In this document: positions 22,533 to 32,897 of the stretch, in pieces
Layout of the letters: each line of letters starts with the position of its first letter
Numbering within the stretch: position 1 is the first letter of the stretch
Assembly: GCA_004431415.1 (NCBI GenBank)
Contig: QPMI01000603.1
Coordinates: 186,001 to 250,000, forward strand
DNA: 64,000 nucleotides
Source of the DNA: Cyanophora paradoxa CCMP329
Taxonomy: Eukaryota > Plantae > Glaucophyta
Reading direction: 5' to 3'
Notes under the pieces: model-generated
The model's input: the letters and a program-made list of their open reading frames with translations, nothing else
Database searches by the model: none
Told to the model about the DNA's origin: nothing
Position numbers and translations under genes: made by a program

Positions 22533-25500
22533 ATGGCGGCCGCTCAGGCAGACCGCGATGAGACGTTGGAAGCGGTCCGCACTCGCCGCGGGAGAATCTC
22601 GCTCGCACGCGTCCGACGCCGCCCGCCGCGCAGGGACTACAAACGCAAGTGAACCTGAAGGAGCTCTGGCGCTCGTTCAAGGCCGTTGCACGCGGCTACT
22701 GTGCGTACGCTCGCCGCCGCCGGCGTCGGTTAACAGCGGCGGCGCCAGCACTGCGCCGGCCGGCAGCGGCGGCGGTTAGCAGCGGATCGCAGCGCTTATC
22801 ACGCGTCTCCTCCGCAGGGACGGACCCTCGCGTACGGTGGGAGTCCCGCGTCTGGGCAATCGCCGTTCTCTGCTTTGCGATTGCGCGGAGCGGCATGAGC
22901 ATCCTGTACTCGTGCGCATACAGTAAAGCGCCATCCGCCTGCGGAGCCGAGCTGACCACACGCATGTGCAGGTTCATGGGCAAGAATTTCTGGTGAATTA
23001 AAATTTCTGTCCGGCGCGCGTGTGTGCGGGGCGGGCAGGGGTGACGGGCGCGCAGGGACTACCTCTCGCAGAAGCAGGCGGAGAATTTCTACCGGCAGCT
23101 GGCGATCTACCTCGCCTGCTTTGTCGTCGGCGCGCCCCGCGCTCGCCCGCAACCCCGGCCCGCCGCGCCCGGGTCCAGCTGACCGAGGCCCCGCGCCGCG
23201 CGACCCGCAGGCGTTCCGCTCAACGCGTTCTTCAGGTGCAGCGGCCGGCTTCGCCCGCGCCGGCATCGCTGCGGGCCGGGGCGAGCGGGGCCGGGGCGCC
23301 GTGCCCCCCGCACAGGTGGACGAAGGACCAGCTGATCATCCGCTGGCGGCGCTGGCTCACCGCCGACCTCCTCTCCCGCTACCTCTCCGGTGCCCCCCCG
23401 CCCCGCCCCTTCTCCGACTCCGCCGACGCCGATGGCGGCGCGGGGGCGCAGGGCGGGCGTACTACCGCCTGACTCTGCCGATCGCGGAGGGGGCGGACGC
23501 GCCGCCGGAGGGGGCGGGTGGGGCGGGCCCCGGAACCGGGACGGGGGCGAAGGCCTCGTCGCCCGGGGTGGACAACCCCGACCAGCGCATCGCCTCGGAC
23601 GCCAACACCTTCACCCAGGTCCGTGGGGGCGGCGCCGGCCGGTCTAGCTCTACGCCCACCGAGCTCGCGCTTCCTGGCTAGCTAGCCAGCCAGCTGAGCG
23701 CCCGACGCCCCCGCCGGGCATCCGTGGGAGGGCAGGGGATCCAACTCTTGCTCTAGCTCTATCTCTAGCTCTAGCGAGCCAGCTAGCCGGCTGGGCGTGC
23801 CCCCTTCTGGCCAGCTCGCGGCGCCTCGGTCCCCCGCCCCCCCGCGCCTCGCCCCGATCCTCGGCGCCCCCGGGGCCCCCGGGCAGGTGTCGGTGGAGCT
23901 GGCGCTCGTCGTGCTGAACGCGGTGCTGGACCTCGTCTCCTTCTCCTACATCATGCACTCCATCTACCCGCCCCTCTTCGCCGTCCTCCTCCTCTACTCC
24001 CTCCTCGGCACCTGCGTCTCCACCTGGATCGGCGCGCGCAGCCTCCCCTTCCGAATCCCGCTCCAGCGCATCGATCGGGCACCTGACGCCGCCGGCCGCC
24101 GCAGGGAAGCGGATCGCGGTGCTGGCTTTCATCTTCCTGCGGCGCGAGGCCGACTTTCGGTGCGCTGCGCTGCGCGCCGGCGGAGGGAGAGAGAGCTACA
24201 TAGATAGAGAGGCGGCGGCCGCCGACTCGGGCCGCCGGCGCCGGGGCGGCGCAGGTACGCGCTGGTGCGGCTGCGGGAGAACGCGGAGAGCGTCGCCTTC
24301 TACGCCGGCGAGAAGGAGGAGCGCGCCGTCGCCATGGCGCGCCCCCCGTCCCCCGCCCCTCCCACCACCATCCCCGCCCCTGTCGACCTGCTGAGCCGGG
24401 GCTGGCTGGGTGGCGGGGCGCAGGGGCGGCTGGAGCGGCTGGTGGCGCTGGGGATGCGCCTCATCACGTGGAACCGCCACCTCGCCCTCTTCACCATCGG
24501 CTACACCGTCTTCATCCAGGTCCGCCATCGCCCGCCCCCGGGCGCCCGCCCCCAGCTTGACGGGACGCCGCCCGGGGACGCCCGCCCCCGCGGCTTCCCC
24601 GTCTCACCTCTGCGCGCGTCGCTCAGGTGCTGCCGCTGGCGGTGGTCGCCCCCAAGTTCTTCGAAGGGGCCCTCACCCTCGGCCAAGTCCAGCAGGCGCC
24701 CCCGCGCCCGCCCCCGCCCCCGCCCCACCTCGCCCTCCTAACCTTCGAAGCAGAGCTACAGCGCCTTCAACCACGTGCTGGACGACCTCTCGGCGCGCCG
24801 GCCCCTCCGAAGCCCCCGCGCCCCTCTGACGCGGCTCGCGCGGGGCCGCAGATCGTGGTGACGCAGGTGGCGAGCCTCATCAACCTCTCGGCGGTGGCGG
24901 AGCGCCTCGCCACCCTCCTCACCGCCCTCGACCGCCTCGCCCAGGACGGCGCCCCGCCCCTCGCACCCCGTCCGCCCCTTCCTTCTCTCATTCTCCGCTT
25001 CTCCTCCGCCCCTCCTCACGTACCCCTCCCCCTCGCCCGCGCGCAGAGGGGGACGGGTACGCGTCGCCGACGCCGTCGGTGTCGAGCACGTCGTCGGGGC
25101 CGGCGTCGGAAGGCCCCGGGGGCCCCCTCGGGGCCACCCGCCTCGAGATGTCCTCCCTCCTCCGCCGCTCCTGGCAGCGCAGCAGCGCCCCGGGGCCCCT
25201 CGGGGCCCCCTTCCCGGGGCCCGCCCCCTCCTCCGGCCCCGGGGGGCGGGCCCCCGGCCCCCGCGAGGGCGTCGTCGTCCAGACCTACGAGGCGCGCCGG
25301 CCCCAGCCCGCCCCCCGCCTCCGTCCCTTCCGACCATCTCCTCTTTGACGACGTGCGGGGGGCAGGGGTCGCTGGACGCGGCGACGGGCGAGTGCCTCCA
25401 CATCGACGACCTCTCCGTCACCACCCCCGACGGCGGTGCCCTCCCCCGCCCCGCCCCGCCGCCCCCTCGGCGCAGCTGCGTTGTCCCTGACGCCCCCGCA

Positions 25501-26594
25501 GCGCGCCTCCTCCTCTCGGGCCTCACGTGTACGCCCCCCGCGCCCTTCTCCCTTCGCATCGACCAGGCATGCGTTGACGCGCTCGACTCGGCGGGGCGCA
25601 GACGGGATGGGGGCGGGTCGGCGGCTGCTGGTGATGGGCCCGAGCGGCTCGGGCAAGTCCTCCCTCCTCCGCACCGTCGCCGGCCTCTGGTCCTTCGGCT
25701 CCGGCGCCGTCACCCGCCCCGCCGACGCCCTCTTCCTGCCCCAGGCCCGCGCCCCTTCCCCAAGCACACAAACAAACACACAAACCGCCCGCTCGGCCCC
25801 GCTCGGTCGGCTTCGCGCCCTGACCGGCTTGGCCCGCCCCGCAGCGCCCCTACATGGTCCTGGGCTCGCTGCGGGACCAGCTCCTCTACCCCCGCACCTC
25901 CGGCCGCCCCGTGCGCCCCGCCCACCTACGCGGCGTCCTCCCGCTCAGAGCCTCCCGCTCAGGGGGAGGACCGGCCTGCGGACTCGCGGCTGCTGCGGGC
26001 GCTGGAGCAGGTGAACCTGCCCGGCCTCACCTCCCGCTTCCCCGCCGGCCTCGACGAGGTCAGCGCTTTTGCCCGCTCCGCCCCGCCCGCCCCGCCGGCC
26101 GGGGCTTCAGGGGCGGGGGGCAGGTGCGGGACTGGGGCGCTGTGCTCTCGATGGGCGAGCAGCAGCGCCTCGCCTTCGCCCGCCTCGTCCTCGCGTCCGC
26201 CCCCGCCGTCCCCCAGCGCGCCCGCGCCCTGGCATGGACCGACGGCGGCGCGCAGGGAGCCGCGGTTGGTGATCCTGGACGAGGCGACGGGGGCGCTGGA
26301 CGAGGAGAACGAGGCGGCCCTCTACGCGCTCCTCCGCGCCGCCCTCCCCGCCGCCGCCGTCCTCAGCGTCGGCCACCGCCGCGCCCTCCTCGCCTTCCAC
26401 GACGACCTCCTCCTCCTCGCCGGCGACCACCGCGGGTGCGCTTCCCGTCGCTCTTTTTCACTTTCGATTTCGGGGTTTGCCTGTTGTTGGTTTTGTTCTT
26501 GGTTCTGAGGCGCGCGGGCGGGCGCAGGAGCTGCCGCCTGGCGCCGGCCTCCTCGGTCGACTTCTCCCGGGGGCCCGCCGCCGGCATCTTCTGA
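22533..26594 (+). CDS. ABC transporter subfamily D half-transporter, roughly 20 exons
   Basis: DNPDQRIASD, EAA motif READFRYALVRLRENAESVAFY, Walker A GPSGSGKSS, signature LSMGEQQRLAFAR, Walker B VILDEATGALD and SVGHR. Confidence 0.93.
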
Positions 26595-26759
26595 CCACGA
26601 CCGCCGCCCCTCCCGCCCCTCGCCTCCCGGACCCTTGCCTCTTAGCCTGCTCTTCCCTACAACAGCACTGCCTACAACCAGCTTTGCCTATTCTTTCAAT
26701 CGAGCTCCCTGCTATGGCTACCGCTGCTCCGGCGCGCCCCGTGCGCGGAGGCGCCGCGC

Positions 26760-27335
26760 TGGGGCGGGGCGCCGTGGGGCGGCTCGGGGCGGGGCGAGGC
26801 GCCGGCGCCGGCGGCACCGGCGGCGGGGCGCCTGTGGGCGGCGGCGGCGGAGGAGCTCGAGGAGCGGGTGCGGCTGGGGCTCGGTGGGACGTACTCGACG
26901 GGGAAGAGCTTGGGGGCGGGGACGGCGGGGCGGCGGCGGGGCCCGCCCTCGTAGGCCATGGCGACGGGGTCGAGCAGGCGGCGGACGAGGAGGCCGCGGG
27001 AGACGGCGTACGAGACCTGCGGCACGCTCTTGTCCCCCTCCGTCCGAAACTGCTTGAGACGTCAGCCCCGCGGCTTCGTCGGCTTTGGCGGGGGCGGGGG
27101 CGGGGCGGACGCGGTGGATCTGGTCGACCTGCTCGGCGAAGGTGCGGAAGGCGGCCGAGGCGGGGTCCAGCCGCAGCCCCGTCGCCGCGTGCAGCCGCGC
27201 GAACTCGTACTTCCCTGCCGCCCCCGCCGCCCGTGAGAGAGTGGCTCCAGTGGGACCGGCGGGCGGCTCCTCGAGCGCGGCCCGGCCCAAGCGCGGCGCC
27301 GGAGGGTCGGGGGCGTGGGGGGGGCGTGGGGGGGG

Positions 27336-27371
<36 letters not shown>

Positions 27372-28734
27372 GGGGGCGCGCCCTGAGCGAAGAAGGCCTC
27401 TGCGAGGAAGAGGAGGCCCGGGAGGTAGTTGCGGTCCTCCCGGATCAGCAGCTCCGCGTCCGTCTGCGCCTGCCCCCGCCCCGCCCCCTCAGAGGGGAGG
27501 GAGGATGGGGGGAAGGGGAGGTCGGCCCGGGCCTGCTCGTATGCGCTCAGGCAGAAGTAGCACCTGCCGGAGGCGCCGGCGCCCTCCCCGGGTCAGGGGC
27601 CGGCGAAGCGGGGCGGGGGCGGGGGCAGGGCCGGACTTGAGGCGCTCAATGCGGAGGGGCCGGCACCAGGGGTCCTGCCAGAGGCCCTTGGAGAAGGCCA
27701 GCGCCGCCGTGCTCCACTTCGCCCGCCGCATCTGCTCCTGCCCCCGTCCCCCGCGAGTCGGCGGGGGGCGGGGGACGCCCCAGGGCGGCGCAGGCGAGGG
27801 CGCGGGTAGGAGGCGCACGACGCCCCGCTGGTGCCACATCTTGATCACGTCTGCAGGGGGGAGGGAAAGGGGGGGGCGTGAGGCGTGAGACGGGGTGCGG
27901 GCGGGGCGAGCGGGGCGGGGCGGCGGCGGGGCGGGCCCTCGTCCTTGATGCGGGCGCCGCCGCCGAGGAGCGGGGGCAGGCTCTCGCCCGGGAAGATCTT
28001 GCGGACGCGGGAGAAGGGCTGGCGGAGGGGCAGGGGCCGGTCGAGGACGCGGGGCACGTGCACGGCCTCCTCCTCGGGGGCCGCCTCCTCCTCCTCCTCC
28101 TCCTCGAGCCCGTTGCGCGGGGCGTGCACCGCGTCGTCGAAGCGCCTCTCCGCCTCGCCCTCGTCCCCGCTCGACGAGAGCTCGCCGTCCCGCGCCACGC
28201 GCCGCTCCGCCTCGACGAGGAGGCCCGGGTCGAGCCGCGCCATCCACTCCAGGCCCGGCGCGCTCCCCAGGCCCAGCACCACGGCCGGCCCGGACCGAAC
28301 CTCCCCGTCCCCACGCTGCGCTCCGCTCCCCGCGCCCTGCAGCTGCACCTGCAGCTTCTTCGCGCTCTTGCTCGCGCTGCGCGGCCGCGGCGCCGTCGGT
28401 CAGGCGAGGCGGCGGGGCGCGGGACCGCGCGGGGCGCGGCGCACTGCAGCGGCTGCTGCCGGTCCCCCGCGGCGGCGTTCTTGCCGCGGCTGCCGCTCCG
28501 CGAGAGCGGGTGCGGGTGCTTGCTGCTGCTCGAGCGCGGCAGCGGCGCGCTGCGCGAGGTGGAGGCGCCGTCGTCCTGGTCGGGGGGAGGGAGCCTCAGC
28601 CGCCGAACCGACGCGCCCGTCTTTGCCGGCGTGCTCGGCGCGCTCGGCGCTCCCTCGGGCGGCGCCGGCTGGAATTGGACGCCATCCGCCTCCTTCCGCG
28701 TGAGCGCGGAGCGGAGCGAGGTGCTCCCGTCCAT
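26760..28734 (-). CDS. Multi-exon protein of unknown function with a TPR-like C-terminal region
   Basis: Spliceable exons such as EQMRRAKWSTAALAFSKGL, DAELLIREDRNYLPGLLFLAEAFFAQG and ARLHAATGLRLDPASAAF. The 3' end is approximate. Confidence 0.55.
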
Positions 28735-29006
28735 TCGAACGGCCCGCAAATTGCGGTCCCTGCAGCTGCTTGTGGCTACCGGCGGCTACCTCGACTCATG
28801 GCCGTTCTGGTCCGCCGGCTGCTGGAAGCGGCGCAGTCTCGCTATCTAACGCAGAACCGTTAGCTGCGCCCGTCAGACCGCTTCTGGGCGGCTTCGATCC
28901 TCTCGCTTCATGGGAGCTCCAAGCTAACAAGGGGGGGGGGGGCGACCGCACTTCGTTCGCGGATCGGAGCAGGGGGGTCGAGGAGGGCGCGAAGTTCGCC
29001 GCGAAC

Positions 29007-30768
29007 ATGGAGCAGCAGCTGAGGGAGAAGCTTCAGCATGCGCTGCACCTGCACCGCGACGAGCGGCTGCTCACGGCTGCCCGCGTGCTGGACGGGGTCG
29101 AAGCACAGCTGAAGGAGCTCAAGGCTAGCGGCGGGGCCGGTGCGCGTCCCAGTGCGCGTTGCGTAGAGCCTAGCCTCCTCAGCTGCTTAGAGCCGTTCGA
29201 GACGCGCGCCGCCGTCGCGACGGCCCGGCTGGGCGAGCTGAAGGGCAGGCGGAGGTGGCTGTGTTCGCTGAAGCGACAGCAGATGCAGCAGTTGCGGAGT
29301 CGGTGGAGAAGGAGCTGGAGGCGAACCGCGCGCAGATAGACGAGCTGCGCTTCGAGCAGAAGTTCATCGAGGAGCTCGTCGAAGAAGTCCGCGCCGACGG
29401 CAAAGGTGCGTACGCTCGCTCGCCGCTCGCGCCGCGGCGCGGAGCATCGCTCCGGCCTCGCTCACCTGCGCGGCACACAGACTGGACGCCGGTGTCCCAT
29501 GGAAAGGCAAGCAACGCAGCGCTAGCGCCGGCCCGCGCGCGCCACGCGCGCCGGCATCTAAGCGCGCCTCGGCCGGAAATCACAGGTTAAAGTCTGGTAC
29601 CGACAAGAACCCGACACGCCCATCCACACGGTCAAGACGGAGGGTGCGCGCGCGGGGCCCCGTGCCACGGTGCCCCCGCGCCGGGGCGCGCGGCCTGACG
29701 GCGCCGCCGCCTTTCGGGGCAGTGGTTCTGGAGGAGATCAAGCTGACGGAGCTGCTGTGCGTGCTGTACGAGACGGACCTCTGGGCCGACCTCTTCCCCT
29801 TCCTCAAGTTCTCCAAGTGCCTCGCCAAGCCCAAGCGCTGCTCCCAGGTCGTCCACGTCGGGTCCGGCCCCGCGCCCCCGGCCGCCCTGCATGTCCCCGC
29901 CCGTCCAGCTCAGTTCTGCTGCCCCGCGCAGGCTGCGGGCGATGTGGCCCGTGTGGTCCAGGGACAGCGTCGGTGCGTCGCCCGCCCGCCCCCGCGCCCG
30001 CACCCTCCCGGTCCACCGCCTCCGCTCCTGATCAGCCGGGAGCAGTGCTGGGCTTCGCGGTGAACGCCTTCGAGGAGCTCGGGGGCGTCGTGTGCGTCTC
30101 CAAGTCCGTCGACTCGCACCCCAGCGTGGCTATCCCCGCCGTCGACGGCGCCTACGTCCGCGCTGACGTCCACCTCAGCGGGTCCCCTCCCGCTACCCCG
30201 CCCCACCCCCCCCCCCCCCCCCCCCCCCGCGCCCCTCCCCCCTCTCCGCGGCTGATCGCGGGGCAGGTACCTGCTGGAGATCATAGACGAGCGGACGACG
30301 CGCATGACGACCGTCGTCAACCTCGACCCCAAGCTCGCCCGCGTCCGCCCCGCCCTCCCCGCAGCCCCCCGCGGCCGCCCCGCCTGCCGCGGCGCCCCCG
30401 CCCGCCTGAGGCCGGGGCGGCGTGCAGGTGCCGGCGGCGGTGATCAACTTCTTCACGCGGAACATCTGCGGGCTGGCCTTCCAGCTCCTCCAGGGCCGCG
30501 TCGCCAAGTTCAAGGACAACGCCGAGCACCGCCGCCGCATCCTCGAGGCCCGCCCGCCCGGCCCGAGCCCCGCCCGAGCCCCGCCCGGCGCTGACCGCCT
30601 CGCAGAACCGGGAGTTCTACGGGTGGCTGGAGCCCGTCGTGGAGGAGTCGCTCGCCCGCCTCCAGGCCCGCAACGCCGAGAAGGAGAGGGAGAAGGGGAA
30701 GGAGAAGGAGGGGGCCGAGGCGCCGGCCGCCTCCCTCGCCGCCTCCCTCGCCGCCGCCTCCCTCTAGC
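29007..30768 (+). CDS. START/SRPBCC lipid-binding domain protein
   Basis: Exons VKVWYRQEPDTPIHTVKTEG, LLCVLYETDLWADLFP, WPVWSRD, YVRADVHLSG, TTVVNLDPKL and VPAAVINFF. Confidence 0.8.
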
Positions 30769-31049
30769 TCCCCGCCCGCCTCCCCCCTCCTCCCGCTCCA
30801 CGGACCTCCGATCCCGCGCCCCTGTACTCCACGCCCAGCCCGCCCAGCCCTCATCGCGATCCAGGCCAGCCTGTCCACCCTCCGCCCACCCCGGTTCCCG
30901 CCCCGGCGCGAACCCCGCGTCTCGCACGTCCCCGTCCCGACCCCCGAACCCCTAACCCCCAGACGCCGCGCCCCTTCGAACCGAGCCGTCCCAATCCAAC
31001 TGGGGCCTCCCGGTGCGCTGTGGGAGCAGCGGAGGGGCCCGGGCAGGGG

Positions 31050-32404
31050 TCACGCGGGGGGCGCGTGCGGGGGCGGGGGCGCGAGGCCGTCGAAGGCGCG
31101 GACGCCAAGCATGCGCAGCAGCGCGATCGTCGCCTGCGCGGGGCGCCGCCGGCCTCGTTTCGGAAGGGGCGGAGAGGGCCGGGGGGCCGGGCCCAGGGCG
31201 CACGAGCTTGGGGTGGCTGTTGTCGAGGGCGGCGTCGAAGGCGCCGCCCCTCCGCAGCTCCCCGTACGCCTCCCGCACCCGCGCCTGGCCCCGACGCCCC
31301 GCTCGAGGCGCGCCTCGGGCCGGGGCCGGGCGGGGCGGGGCGGGGCCGGGGCCGGGGCGGGAGGGGGTGGCGGACGAGGAACTCGGGGTCGCGCTCGCCG
31401 AGGCGCTCCCGCAGCGCCCGCTCCACCGGCCCCGCCTGCTCGTACCGGAACCTGCCGCCCGCCGCTTGAGCTTCGGCCGCCCCGCGCGGTGCGGGGCGGG
31501 GCGGGAGGGGCGGGCGCGGGCGCACGAGAGGGCGCGGTTGGTGGCGTAGGCGTCGGCGGTGCAGAGGAGGAGCGAGCAGCGGCGGGCGGCCCGCAGCTCG
31601 GCCGCCGCGTCGAGGAGCAGCCGGTCGGGCGCGCGCCCGCGGGCGGCGGCGAAGGCGGCGGGGGCGAGCGGCGAGCGGTCCACGAAGGCGAGGGAGCCGC
31701 GGAAGGCCCCGGGCTCCTCCTGCACATGCGCCCCGCCCAGCTCGGCCTCGCGTACGCCTTGGGCGCGGCCCGGGGCCGCGCCGGGCCGGCCGGGGAGCGC
31801 GGGGGCGGCGCGGGCGCACGCGGGCGCGGCGTTGGAGGGCGTCGACGGCGTTGAGGGAGGCCGCCGCCCAGCGCAGCGCCATCGCCGGGCCCGTCGGGTC
31901 CTCCTCCCGGTGCTGCCGCGCGCGCGCCCCGGCCGGTGAGGACGCGCCGCGCGGGGCAGCACGCACGGCGCGATCGGGCCCGACCTGCGCGCAGAAGTCC
32001 ATGTACTTCGCGCTGCGCACCGCCGCCGCCGTCAGCCGCCGGCGCCGTGTCTCGCACGCGCCGGGCGCCAGGCCCGGGCACGCGGACCTGTGCACGGCGT
32101 AGCCGAGCGCTCGCAAGCGGTTCAGGAGCGAGCGCTTGTCGACGCCGCCCTCGCCTTCGAGCATGACCACCTGAAGGCTCTCGCCCGGTATCCGCAGCTT
32201 CCCGTCCTGCTCCGCCGCTCCGACCTCGACTGGCCCCCGGCGTGAGCGGGCGAGCTGGAAGCGCGCAGCCGCGAGGCTCTTACCCGTTTCGCACACGTCG
32301 AGCCGCTCCCATCGCGCCGGTTTTGCCTTGGCCGCACCGCTAAGCGCCCGCACTGGGCGCGCGGAGCGCGGCCTAGCCGCTGCTCCAGCCAGTACCGCGC
32401 GCAT
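31050..32404 (-). CDS. P-loop nucleotide-kinase-like protein with an Arg/Ala-rich (mitochondrial-type) N-terminus
   Basis: VVMLEGEGGVDKRSLLNRL (degenerate Walker A) and AFVDRSPL (kinase DRS motif). Confidence 0.55.
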
Positions 32405-32897
32405 GCTGCTGAGCCTGCAGCGCCCGTAGAGGCGGCGTGGAACAAGGCGGGCGAACTTGACGGGGGAGCAAGCACGGCAGGGATACCGCAGTCGAAGGCA
32501 ATGAAGTGCCAGAGCGCGGCGAAAGCTTGCCGGGGCACGACGTCTCGTTGTCTACAGGACGTGTAGGAGCTTGCTGAGGCCGCAATCCGCCTGCGACGCG
32601 CTCCACCGCTGGCTCTAGGGGCGCGGCGACGTCACGGACAGGCGGTGCAGCTCGGCGTTGGATTGTGATTACCGGCGCGGCATTATCATCTTTCTGCTAG
32701 AGTCCACCGAAGCGGCGGCGGCAGCAGCCAGGACCCGAAACGCCCGAAACGTCAGAAGTTCTCAGAACTCTTGAGCCGGGCTTCTTTGCCGCTGCGCGGC
32801 AAGCCTTCTCCGCCGCAGCGGTAGGTATGTTCTTGCGCGGCGATCGCCGCAGACTGCTCCCGCCCTTCGGTCTAAAGGGCAACAGGCGCGGCGAAGT

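Noticed and set aside
27317-27375. Long G/C homopolymers (also 16842, 22450, 47759) as functional G-quadruplex elements
   Set aside because: Common in these GC-rich introns and unreliable in length; no specific evidence of function.
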